Positions 38,360-47,863 of a stretch of DNA of 64,000 bases are shown here, piece by piece. The stretch is from an uncultured Mycoplasmatota bacterium (lineage in GTDB: Bacteria; Bacillota_I; Bacilli_A; RF39; UBA660): NCBI GenBank assembly GCA_949288035.1, contig CASEIJ010000047.1:1592-65591 (forward strand), given 5' to 3'. The notes beneath the pieces were generated by a model. That model was not told where the DNA came from. It did not search any database and saw only the letters and a list, made by a program, of their open reading frames with translations. The translations under genes were made by a program, and so were the position numbers. Each line of letters starts with the position of its first letter. Position 1 is the stretch's first letter.

Positions 38360-39115
38360 ATGAAATTCATATCATGGAATGTCGCTGGACTTAGAGCTTG
38401 TTATAAAAAAGGATTGATGGAGTTTATTGAAAAAGAAAATGCTGATATCATTTGCTTGCAAGAAACAAAAGTATTAGAAGAACAACTTCCCTTTCATTTG
38501 GATCAGTATCATATGTATTTAAATCCAGCAGAAAGAAAAGGATATTCAGGAACAATGATTTTAAGTAAAGAAAAACCAATCAGTGTTTTTTATGGAATGG
38601 ATATTGAAAAACACGATCATGAAGGTCGTGTGATTACTTTAGAATATCCTGAATTTTATTTAGTAACCGTATATACACCCAATGCCAAAGCAGGTTTAGA
38701 ACGATTAGATTATCGTATGGAATGGGAAGATGATTTTAGAAACTATTTAAAAAGTTTAGAAACAACAAAACCAGTCATTTGTTGTGGAGACTTTAATGTT
38801 GCGCATGAAGAAATCGATATCAAAAACGCCAAGGCAAATATAGGAAATGCTGGATTTACTTATGAAGAGCGTGAAAAATTTACGGAATTACTCAATGCCG
38901 GTTTTATCGATACCTATCGCTATTTATATCCTAATAAAGAAGGAATGTATTCTTGGTGGAGTTATATGAGAAATGCGAGAGCGAATAATGCTGGTTGGAG
39001 AATTGATTACTTTATTATGTCTAAAGATTATATCTCCCATTTAGAAGATGCTATGATTTATACGAATGTTTACGGAAGTGATCATTGCCCTATTGGAATT
39101 TTATTAAAAAAATAA
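38360..39115 (+). CDS. xth: exodeoxyribonuclease III
   Basis: SWNV.G, LQETK, GDFNVAH and SDHCP motifs. Confidence 0.93.
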   Translation: MKFISWNVAGLRACYKKGLMEFIEKENADIICLQETKVLEEQLPFHLDQYHMYLNPAERKGYSGTMILSKEKPISVFYGMDIEKHDHEGRVITLEYPEFYLVTVYTPNAKAGLERLDYRMEWEDDFRNYLKSLETTKPVICCGDFNVAHEEIDIKNAKANIGNAGFTYEEREKFTELLNAGFIDTYRYLYPNKEGMYSWWSYMRNARANNAGWRIDYFIMSKDYISHLEDAMIYTNVYGSDHCPIGILLKK

Positions 39116-39126
39116 TATCTGTGATA

Positions 39127-40650
39127 TTATTTTTTTTGCCATAAAGTATAACGATAACGATGTTCTTCATATTTCTGATTTTTCTCTAATACTTTTTGAT
39201 AATTTTGTTTTAATTCTGGAATATAGTGATAGTTCATTCCTTTGTCCAAAGGAGTTCTAGTGATTACGAAATCAACTTTTTTCTTAATAATTGCCTCTTC
39301 TTGTTGTTGAATATTTTCTGGAAAAATGGCATTTGCGATGTTCTGTTTTTGAAAATATCGAATATTAGGAACAATACCAGTTGTCGTATAAAATCCACCA
39401 TCTAAAAAGCCGTAATTTAAAAGGGTTGGATTTTTTGTTTGTGTAATTATTTCTGCAAATTGATATTGAACCAGTTCTTGTTGGCTTTGGTTAATACGGA
39501 ACTTGGCTGTATTCAAAGAGCCATAATAACTAAGAGCAACAAGTAAAGTAACATAGATTATATAATGAGCGAATCTAGATTCTTTCCACTGAATATGATA
39601 AAGGCGTTCTATCCACGATGCAATTGCAATGACTCCAAAGACTAGAAAAGGAGATAATATCAAGTAATAATATCGGAAAGAAACTCCCCCACAAAAAACA
39701 CCAAAGCATAAAAAACAATAAAGAGCAAACACAATCCATTTCAATGATTTCTTTTTAAAAAAGAAGGAATCAAATAATAAAATACAAATGCCAATCATAA
39801 AAGGAATTCCGAAACCTAAATTTTGTGCCATAAAGAATAATGGCTTCGTAACAATATCAAATAATTTCATAATCCAAGTATCTGTTGTAGGATAATATTT
39901 AATATTAAAAATAATATATGATTCAATCCATGTTCCAATTGCATGATGAATTCCAAAGTAAATTAACCATGGAATGATTGGAATTCCCATTCCCAATAAG
40001 AAAATCATACAATCTAAAATACTTTCTTTCCACTCTTTTTTAGATACTAGATAAAAGAAAATAGAAGCCATCCACGCGAACCAAAAACCTAGTAAAGTAA
40101 ATTTCATAGTGGCAATCAGACCAGCCATGATTCCATTTACAAAGATCATACTTCGCTTTGGTTTCGTATTGCCACTTTTTAAAAACTTTACCATGGAGTA
40201 TAAACTATACGTTAACATTGGAAGAGAAAACTCTTCGACACTTCCTCCATGAGTAAAAGCAGGTAATGTGACGATCAAGAAACTAATCACAGGAAGTACT
40301 AATAAACTCATTTCTTTTTTTAAATATAACCGACATAACTGATATGCATAGTATAGAAAAACAGAAAAAGATATCACTTCGATCAAAAAAACACCTAAAA
40401 AAGTCTTATATGAAATCAAACTAGCAATTCCATAGTATAAGAATAGCAAAGGCCCTTTCTGATCAAATAAATCGACGTATAATACTTTTCCTTGAAACAT
40501 ACTTTTTCCCATTGTAAAAAAGCAATTTCCATCCACCCAATCATTCATTGGATATAGAAAAGAAGACTCGGAACAAATCATTAAAAATAAAAAAGAAAGT
40601 GCAATACAATATACGATTACCTTCCCTTTTGATAACCACTCTTTTCGCAT
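39127..40650 (-). CDS. polytopic membrane protein, GT-C (ArnT/PMT-like) glycosyltransferase candidate
   Basis: About 12 TM segments, with an acidic motif in the first loop (NDWVDG). Confidence 0.4.
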   Translation of the reverse strand: MRKEWLSKGKVIVYCIALSFLFLMICSESSFLYPMNDWVDGNCFFTMGKSMFQGKVLYVDLFDQKGPLLFLYYGIASLISYKTFLGVFLIEVISFSVFLYYAYQLCRLYLKKEMSLLVLPVISFLIVTLPAFTHGGSVEEFSLPMLTYSLYSMVKFLKSGNTKPKRSMIFVNGIMAGLIATMKFTLLGFWFAWMASIFFYLVSKKEWKESILDCMIFLLGMGIPIIPWLIYFGIHHAIGTWIESYIIFNIKYYPTTDTWIMKLFDIVTKPLFFMAQNLGFGIPFMIGICILLFDSFFFKKKSLKWIVFALYCFLCFGVFCGGVSFRYYYLILSPFLVFGVIAIASWIERLYHIQWKESRFAHYIIYVTLLVALSYYGSLNTAKFRINQSQQELVQYQFAEIITQTKNPTLLNYGFLDGGFYTTTGIVPNIRYFQKQNIANAIFPENIQQQEEAIIKKKVDFVITRTPLDKGMNYHYIPELKQNYQKVLEKNQKYEEHRYRYTLWQKK

Positions 40651-40701
40651 AATTTCCCAACTTTCTATCGGTATTATAACATATTATGCGTAGAATAAAA
40701 C

Positions 40702-41451
40702 TTACAATTTTGTCACGTCCTCCCCCTCTTCTTTTTTTCCAAAAACAATCGTTGGACGTGATTGTAATGCTTCTTTTTCTTGCTCTATCATTGTCTTTAA
40801 TTGTGATAGAGAAGCATAATATTTTTCGTGATAAACACCACCATCTAATATTTGATTATCATTTGTATAAATCAATAATTGATAGCCTCTCCCTGTCTCT
40901 TTTAATACCATATCACGAATCGTATCAATTTTTATTCTCTGATTAATACATTTATTTTTAGAAACATGATATTGATAAGAAAAAATATGCAAATAAGAAA
41001 TACTATCTAAATAAATAAATTGATAACTCTTTTTTAAAGTATTTACAAAATCGAATTGAATTTTAGAATTTTTACTTTGCTCACGCATGTTCTTAATATT
41101 GGCTTTGACATGATATCGTTTTAAATAATGATTATCTACCCCATGTTCTATGATTGCAAAAACAAGAATAATAGCCCATACAATGAAAAAGATAAACATT
41201 AATTGTTGATCTGTTAATGTAATTTCTTGACCAGTCATAGTTTCATAAATCTTTATAAATGGTTGAGCTAACGATTGTGATACATAGGAAATATCTGTTG
41301 GTTTATATATTTGATGAAATAAACGACTCCATAAATTAAAAAAATAAGCATCCGTAAAAAAGAGCAAAAAAAGAGTTGCATATCTTTTACTAACCAAATC
41401 AACTAAGATAAAAAAAACAAGAAATTGAATTATCATTTGTACTATTTCCAT
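40702..41451 (-). CDS. hypothetical membrane protein
   Basis: ORF with 3-4 N-terminal TM segments. Confidence 0.45.
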   Translation of the reverse strand: MEIVQMIIQFLVFFILVDLVSKRYATLFLLFFTDAYFFNLWSRLFHQIYKPTDISYVSQSLAQPFIKIYETMTGQEITLTDQQLMFIFFIVWAIILVFAIIEHGVDNHYLKRYHVKANIKNMREQSKNSKIQFDFVNTLKKSYQFIYLDSISYLHIFSYQYHVSKNKCINQRIKIDTIRDMVLKETGRGYQLLIYTNDNQILDGGVYHEKYYASLSQLKTMIEQEKEALQSRPTIVFGKKEEGEDVTKL

Positions 41452-41562
41452 AGGATCACCTTACCAATTTTATTATAACAATATTTTATGCATTTTTCTA
41501 CCTAAATGATCTGAAAAGACATTATTTTACAGGATAAAAAAAGTATTTCATGATAGAAATAC

Positions 41563-42771
41563 TTATTTTAATTTCGCCTTCATTCCTTTTAATCCTTTCA
41601 CACCTTTTACACCATCAAAGTGCGTTAAAATATTTGTATCAAAAGATGTTACTTTTTTCTTCTTTTTACGGTAATCTTTAATTGCTAATGTAATCATATC
41701 ATCTAATAATTCTGTATATGATTTACCTGTTGGTTCCCATAAATAGAATGATAGACTTCCTGGAATGGTATTTGGTTCATTTACGTATACTTTTTCATTT
41801 TTCTTATCAATTAAGAAATCAATACGACATAGACCACTTAAATTTAAAGCACGGAATGTTTCAATAGAGATTCTTTTTACTTCTTCTTGTAATTTCTCAC
41901 TAATACGAGCTGGAATAATACGATCGGCACTTGCCATACCTTTACTTCCACCACTGACTTTCTTTGTACCTTTACCATTTCCTAAATACTTGTCTTTATA
42001 AGTAAGGAACTCATCTGTACTCATTACTTCTTCAATGGCACTTAATGATTGATATTCATAATCACCAAGCACACTTTCATTTACTTCTACTAAATTTTCA
42101 ACTGCTTTTTCAACAACAATTTTCGTATCATATTCCATTGCTTCACGAATTGCCTCATCTAATTTTGATTCATCTTTGACAAAGACAATTCCTACACTAC
42201 TTCCTAAGGTTGCTGGTTTTACAATAACAGGAAATCCTAATTTTTCAATATTTTTAGTAATACGTTCTTTATTCTCTTGGTATTCTGTATCATAAAACCA
42301 AGTATAATCTACAATTGGTAAATCTGCCGCATCTAATACTTGTTTCATAACGACTTTATCTTGTCCCATAGCAGCTCCTAATACATGACTTCCTACATAT
42401 GGAATTCCTACTGTATCTAAATAACCAGCTAACGTACCATCTTCCGCATTATTTCCATGCACAATCGGAAAGGCAATATCTAATTCAGCAATATTTCTTT
42501 TAAAGAACCCTAAAGATTGTAGATAAAACTTTCCTTTTTTATTATATAAAACAACAGGTTTCGCATAACGTTTTAAATCTTCAAAATCTTGATATAAAGA
42601 AATATCAGTTAGTAATTTACCTGTATACCATTGTCTATCTTTATCAATGTAGATAGGAATTACCTCATATTTATCACGATTCATATTTTCAATTGCTTGA
42701 ATGGCAGAGATAATACTTACCTCATGTTCTACAGTAGCTCCTCCAAAAATGACTCCAACTTTAATTTTCAT
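41563..42771 (-). CDS. ddl: D-alanine--D-alanine ligase (long form with Lys-rich C-terminal tail)
   Basis: MKIKVGVIFGG.TVEHEVS, ATP-grasp (PVIVKPA.LGSSVGI), NEPNTIPG. Confidence 0.9.
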   Translation of the reverse strand: MKIKVGVIFGGATVEHEVSIISAIQAIENMNRDKYEVIPIYIDKDRQWYTGKLLTDISLYQDFEDLKRYAKPVVLYNKKGKFYLQSLGFFKRNIAELDIAFPIVHGNNAEDGTLAGYLDTVGIPYVGSHVLGAAMGQDKVVMKQVLDAADLPIVDYTWFYDTEYQENKERITKNIEKLGFPVIVKPATLGSSVGIVFVKDESKLDEAIREAMEYDTKIVVEKAVENLVEVNESVLGDYEYQSLSAIEEVMSTDEFLTYKDKYLGNGKGTKKVSGGSKGMASADRIIPARISEKLQEEVKRISIETFRALNLSGLCRIDFLIDKKNEKVYVNEPNTIPGSLSFYLWEPTGKSYTELLDDMITLAIKDYRKKKKKVTSFDTNILTHFDGVKGVKGLKGMKAKLK

Positions 42772-42785
42772 TTTAACACTTCTTT

Positions 42786-44384
42786 CTATTTCTCATTATA
42801 TTGATCTGGTAAATCATTTTCAAACAATGCATAAAGATCTTTTCCAGATTCTTTCATTTGCTGTAATAATTGATATGCGATTACAACATTATTAATAATA
42901 TGAATTTTTTTCTCAGGATAATCTTCTAATTGTAATCCTTCTTGAATTGGTTTGGTCTGATGTTCCCCTACTAAAATAACTTCATCACATACCTTTGCAA
43001 TTTGACGTCCTAATTCTAAATTTAACTCATATTCACGACTTCCTAATTCAATCATACCTGGTGTTACAATCACTCTTTTTCCTGGCATTAATTTTAACAT
43101 ATCAAGAGCCGCCTTAGCCCCAACTGGATTCGAATTATAATCATCACGAATTAAATTTATATTTCCCATCTTTTTTAATTCTAGACGATGGGCAATTGGT
43201 TTTACTTTTTTAACACCAACAATTAATTTTTCTTTTGAAATTCCAAACGCTTCACCAAGTGCTAACGCACCTAAAATATTATACACGTTATTCTTACCAA
43301 GTAAACAAGTTTCAAAGTGATATGTATTTTTATCTCCCTTAAAATGACAATCAAAACTTGTACCACGGTAATCAAACTTTAAATTGGTTGCCCGAACATC
43401 CGCATCTTCAGCATCAATTCCAATCCAAATAACACGACATTTATTTTTTAAATGGTAAGAAACTTGTAATTCATCATCACGATTTAAAACAGCAATTCCA
43501 TCACTTGGAAGTGACTCAATTAATTCAAACTTTCCTTTTTGAATATTTTCTTGACTACCAAAAGATTCTAAATGTGCAGTTCCAATTTTCGTTAAAATAC
43601 CATATTGTGGCTTCACAAAATCACAGATTTTCTTAATATCGCCACGTTGAAAAGCCCCCATCTCAGCAATAAATATATCATTAAATTTATCTAAATAATT
43701 ATTGACCGTTAAAATCATTCCATAAGTCGTATTATAATTTTTCGGGGTCGTACTAGAAATAAATTCAACATTTAAAATATCATTTAAAATATTTTTACAA
43801 CTTGTTTTTCCATAACTACCAGTAATTCCAATCTTTTTAAGATTTGGCATTTCCTTTAATTTCTTTTTTGCTTTTCTTTTATAATATAAGAATACTTGAT
43901 GTTCAACCGGTATATTTATAATATTGGCTACCATTACTACAAAGTAGTTAATATAAACTAAAGCTCCCATCATGAAATAATAAATTCCTAAATACTCTTC
44001 CATATAACCTAGATAAAAACCAATAAATGGAATAAAGTAAATGATGGTAATTGTTACTAATAAACGTTTGACACGAGAAGTAATGGCTAGTTTAATCTTT
44101 ACTTGTTCTTTTTTTGTAGCACGATAATTTTGATATAACACAACAAGATAGAAAAGTGCAAATAAAGCCATACAAATTTTAGCAGGCATTCCTACAAATA
44201 CAGCAAATATTATGAAAAACATATCTACTGTTAAAAATACTTTAGTAGGATTCTTCATCAACCATTTTAGATATCTATGATTTTCATCATAAAAATTTAA
44301 TTGTAACATATGAATACTTTTTAATGATACAAAATACATATACATAAAAAATGGAATAAACGATAATAAAAATAATACATTCAT
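42786..44384 (-). CDS. murF: MurF-like Mur ligase with N-terminal multi-TM domain
   Basis: GITGSYGKTS P-loop at about aa 185, DDYNSNP, and GMIELG (DMLELG-like). The first ~150 aa are 4-5 hydrophobic helices. Confidence 0.7.
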   Translation of the reverse strand: MNVLFLLSFIPFFMYMYFVSLKSIHMLQLNFYDENHRYLKWLMKNPTKVFLTVDMFFIIFAVFVGMPAKICMALFALFYLVVLYQNYRATKKEQVKIKLAITSRVKRLLVTITIIYFIPFIGFYLGYMEEYLGIYYFMMGALVYINYFVVMVANIINIPVEHQVFLYYKRKAKKKLKEMPNLKKIGITGSYGKTSCKNILNDILNVEFISSTTPKNYNTTYGMILTVNNYLDKFNDIFIAEMGAFQRGDIKKICDFVKPQYGILTKIGTAHLESFGSQENIQKGKFELIESLPSDGIAVLNRDDELQVSYHLKNKCRVIWIGIDAEDADVRATNLKFDYRGTSFDCHFKGDKNTYHFETCLLGKNNVYNILGALALGEAFGISKEKLIVGVKKVKPIAHRLELKKMGNINLIRDDYNSNPVGAKAALDMLKLMPGKRVIVTPGMIELGSREYELNLELGRQIAKVCDEVILVGEHQTKPIQEGLQLEDYPEKKIHIINNVVIAYQLLQQMKESGKDLYALFENDLPDQYNEK

Positions 44385-44389
44385 AATGA

Positions 44390-45139
44390 TTACTCACTTC
44401 CTAAAAAATTCTTAATAATGCGTACGGTTCTTCCTAAATCTTCTAGATAGGCATAATGCGTACATCCTTCATATTCTATTACTGCCGCATCTGGTAATAA
44501 AGATTCTAATACATATGCATCTTCTAAAGGCACTTCAGCATCATTGGTACCCCAAATAATAATTGTTGGACATTGAATCTTTTTTATATCCTCTGTAATA
44601 TCACAATTCACATGATTCACTAACACTTGTCTCATAATCGGACTCGCATTACGATAATCTCGACTACCAATATGTTTTTTCGCATATTCTTCAAACTGAT
44701 TTAAAACTGGTACCTTTTTCAACGATTTTAACAATTTCATTTTAGCCGTTTCCTTTTTTACCTTTTTTTGAAATGGACTACCAAATAAAATTAATTTAGA
44801 AACCGGATAACGACTTGCATATAACAAACTTAGTTTCCCTCCAAAAGAGTGACCAATTAGAATTGGTTTTTTTATTTTTAATTCATCTAATAACTGTTTC
44901 AACATTTCAACAAAATCATCTAACTGCCATGCGGTGTGTGGTTCCTCAGACATACCATGTCCTGGTAAATCGATGATCGTCACCAAATAATCTTTTTGCA
45001 AAGCATCTCCAATTGGTTTCATCATTTCAATATTCTGTCCCCATCCATGCAGTAAAACAACATCTTGACCCTGTGGATTTCCATATGTAATACTGTGAAT
45101 GTGAACACCTTTTATTTTGTTCATACTATTATTCACCAC
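44390..45139 (-). CDS. alpha/beta hydrolase
   Basis: HGWG oxyanion motif, GHSFGG nucleophile elbow. Confidence 0.75.
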   Translation of the reverse strand: MVNNSMNKIKGVHIHSITYGNPQGQDVVLLHGWGQNIEMMKPIGDALQKDYLVTIIDLPGHGMSEEPHTAWQLDDFVEMLKQLLDELKIKKPILIGHSFGGKLSLLYASRYPVSKLILFGSPFQKKVKKETAKMKLLKSLKKVPVLNQFEEYAKKHIGSRDYRNASPIMRQVLVNHVNCDITEDIKKIQCPTIIIWGTNDAEVPLEDAYVLESLLPDAAVIEYEGCTHYAYLEDLGRTVRIIKNFLGSE

Positions 45140-45220
45140 ATTAATTATACCATGATTTATAAAAGACGAAAAGAATTACACGCAATTATTCCATAAAAAA
45201 AGTGATTTCAAATAAGAAAA

Positions 45221-46003
45221 TCACTTTTCTTTTACTTTCCACTTCTGTAAATGATATAGTACAACAAAACAAACTAAGGAAACAATAAATAAAATATCTA
45301 ACATGATTGTTTGATATCTTACAATCAATGGTATTAAAAGGATTGATGTAAGGTTTAAAAATATGTGAAATAACATCGGTGCTGCTAAAGACTTTTCTTT
45401 TTCCAAGGCATCTAATACAAGGAAACTTGTAACAATGGCTGTTAAAAAACTATATACTGTTACATGACACAATGTAAAAAGAACCGTAATAAATAAAATA
45501 GCACGCATCGGTTTCATCCATTTTTTTGCTTCTTGATATAAAAAGCCACGAAATAATAACTCTTCTAAAATTGGCCCAAATAAAGCTGTACTAATAACTC
45601 TACCTACATAATACCAATCATAAGATACTTCTACTTGATGCAATGTAGATGGAATAGGAATCATTCGTTCCAGCTTTAAAAAGAAAACATTAATAACAAG
45701 TGAAGTCACAATACCAAATAATATATAATATAATATTTTATTTTTTCTCAATTGAAATGCATGTATTTTCTCATTCTTATATTTTTTTAAAAATAATGGT
45801 AAAAAAAGAACAAATGAACAAAGTGTAGCTGGAAATAAAATCGTTTTCATACGATCTTGTAACTCAAAATCAGTAAATGAAATCGGTTTAATCCATCCAA
45901 CAACAAAAAACAAAACACCAGTGATAAGAAGCTGACCGATTCCAAATAAAATTGGCCATCCAATGATTTTAAAAATCGCTTTTATCTTATTTGTTTTTTC
46001 CAT
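45221..46003 (-). CDS. CPBP family intramembrane glutamic endopeptidase
   Basis: EELLFRG motif plus downstream His motifs in a multi-TM protein. Confidence 0.8.
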   Translation of the reverse strand: MEKTNKIKAIFKIIGWPILFGIGQLLITGVLFFVVGWIKPISFTDFELQDRMKTILFPATLCSFVLFLPLFLKKYKNEKIHAFQLRKNKILYYILFGIVTSLVINVFFLKLERMIPIPSTLHQVEVSYDWYYVGRVISTALFGPILEELLFRGFLYQEAKKWMKPMRAILFITVLFTLCHVTVYSFLTAIVTSFLVLDALEKEKSLAAPMLFHIFLNLTSILLIPLIVRYQTIMLDILFIVSLVCFVVLYHLQKWKVKEK

Positions 46004-46883
46004 GACTATCTAACATCTCCTGAATCGTAGTACCAAGGGTTGCTACATTTTGTAAATCAGATGGTACAATAATTTTTGTAGACTGTCCATCTGCCATCTT
46101 TTCTAATGACTCTAAGCTTTTTAGTGTTAAAACAGATTGATCTGCTTTCGCATTTTTCAAAAGTTCAATTCCTTTTGCTTCTGCTTCTTTTATTTTTAGT
46201 AAAGCCTCTGCCTCCCCTTCGGCAATACGAATTTGACTCTCTTTTTTAGCTTCTGCCCTTAAAATTGCACTTTCTTTTTCTCCTTCAGCAATTAAAATAC
46301 TTGATTTCTTCTCCCCTTCTGCTTGTAATATTTTCTCACGACGCTCACGTTCTGCACGCATCTGCTTTTCCATTGCTTCTTGAATATCACGTGGGGGAAT
46401 AATATTTTTTACTTCAACACGATTTACTTTAATTCCCCAAGGATCCGTTGCTTCGTCTAATATAGAACGCATTTTAGAATTGATCAAATCACGACTTGTC
46501 AGTGTCTGATCTAACTCTAAATCTCCAATTAGATTACGCAATGTCGTAGCAGTTAATGTTTCAATTGCAGCAATTGGATTTTCAACACCATATGTATATA
46601 ATTTCGCATCCGTAATTTGAAAATATACCACTGTATCAATTTGCATTGTAACATTATCTTTGGTAATTACTGGTTGAGGAGCAAAATCTTTTACAATTTC
46701 CTTTAATGAGACACGGTTTGCAACGCGATCAATAAATGGTAATTTAAAATGCAATCCATTGGTCCATGTTACATAATAAGAACCAATACGTTCTATAACA
46801 TAAGTACTAGCCTGTGGTACCACTTTAATACACGAGAAAATCATTACCACTAATAAAATAAGTATAATAATTAAAATATTCAT
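45987..46883 (-). CDS. SPFH/band-7 (stomatin-like) protein
   Basis: N-terminal TM, SPFH core, C-terminal AE-rich coiled coil. Confidence 0.85.
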   Translation of the reverse strand: MNILIIILILLVVMIFSCIKVVPQASTYVIERIGSYYVTWTNGLHFKLPFIDRVANRVSLKEIVKDFAPQPVITKDNVTMQIDTVVYFQITDAKLYTYGVENPIAAIETLTATTLRNLIGDLELDQTLTSRDLINSKMRSILDEATDPWGIKVNRVEVKNIIPPRDIQEAMEKQMRAERERREKILQAEGEKKSSILIAEGEKESAILRAEAKKESQIRIAEGEAEALLKIKEAEAKGIELLKNAKADQSVLTLKSLESLEKMADGQSTKIIVPSDLQNVATLGTTIQEMLDSHGKNK

Positions 46884-46894
46884 ATCTTTCCTCC

Positions 46895-47317
46895 TTACTT
46901 ATTTATCATCGGTTCAACAACAAGCTTGACACCTTTTATCTTTTTTATTATAACCGGGCTATCTTTTTCAATCTTTGTTTGACTGATTGCCGTCCACTCT
47001 TTGCCATCTACTTTTACAGCACCTGCGCGATCCGTAAGAATTGTTTCTGTCACATAGCCCCTCATTCCAATAATTCTATCTAAATTTGTTTTCTCGTGTT
47101 TTGGACCAAACCATTTTACAAAAATAGGTTTCGTAAAGATCAATAAGACAAGACCTAGAAGAACAAAGACAGCAAATTGTATAAGAATACTATCAATCAT
47201 AAAAGAGATAATTAATGAAACAAGACCACTGATTACAAACCAAATTGTAGTTAAATTTATGGTGATTGCTTCAATGATAGCAAGAACAATCACAACAGCT
47301 AACCAAACATAAAACAT
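46895..47317 (-). CDS. NfeD family membrane protein
   Basis: TM helices plus a C-terminal OB-like segment (G.V.V.G..W.A). Canonical partner upstream of the SPFH gene. Confidence 0.8.
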   Translation of the reverse strand: MFYVWLAVVIVLAIIEAITINLTTIWFVISGLVSLIISFMIDSILIQFAVFVLLGLVLLIFTKPIFVKWFGPKHEKTNLDRIIGMRGYVTETILTDRAGAVKVDGKEWTAISQTKIEKDSPVIIKKIKGVKLVVEPMINK

Positions 47318-47387
47318 AAAGTATCACCCTACTTACATTATACTACAAAAGTTCATCCATACAACAAAAAGCAAGAAAATTCTTGCT

Positions 47388-47804
47388 TTAAGTGTATTCA
47401 ATCCATGCATATTGTTTCATCAATCTCTTGATATTTTCTTCTTCTGTTACCACTATGACATAATTTAATTTAATAGAGTGTAACTCCTTATTCCAAGCTT
47501 CTGTTTCCATCCCTTTCTTTCGATATATATCAATCACTTGTTGTCTTAAAGACGTTCTATCAAAAACAGGATACCAAAATAAACCATCAGATATTTCTAA
47601 AACTTGAAACCGATTTACTGGAAAATAAATATCTAAATCTTTTAAAGTCCAATTACCACGTGTTAAATCGATTTGATAACTACGTTCAGAATGATCATTC
47701 GAAAGCGTTTTTACTACTGTTTCTGTCGCATTGGTTTCTTTTATACTAACATAGAATAACATACAAAGACATAACAAAAAAAATAATGAAGGAGCATGTT
47801 TCAT
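47388..47804 (-). CDS. hypothetical secreted protein
   Basis: ORF with a signal peptide. Confidence 0.45.
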   Translation of the reverse strand: MKHAPSLFFLLCLCMLFYVSIKETNATETVVKTLSNDHSERSYQIDLTRGNWTLKDLDIYFPVNRFQVLEISDGLFWYPVFDRTSLRQQVIDIYRKKGMETEAWNKELHSIKLNYVIVVTEEENIKRLMKQYAWIEYT

Positions 47805-47863
47805 ATGATCACCTCATTATTTTTAAGTTGTGCAATTTATTACTTTTTATACAATAGATTGAA

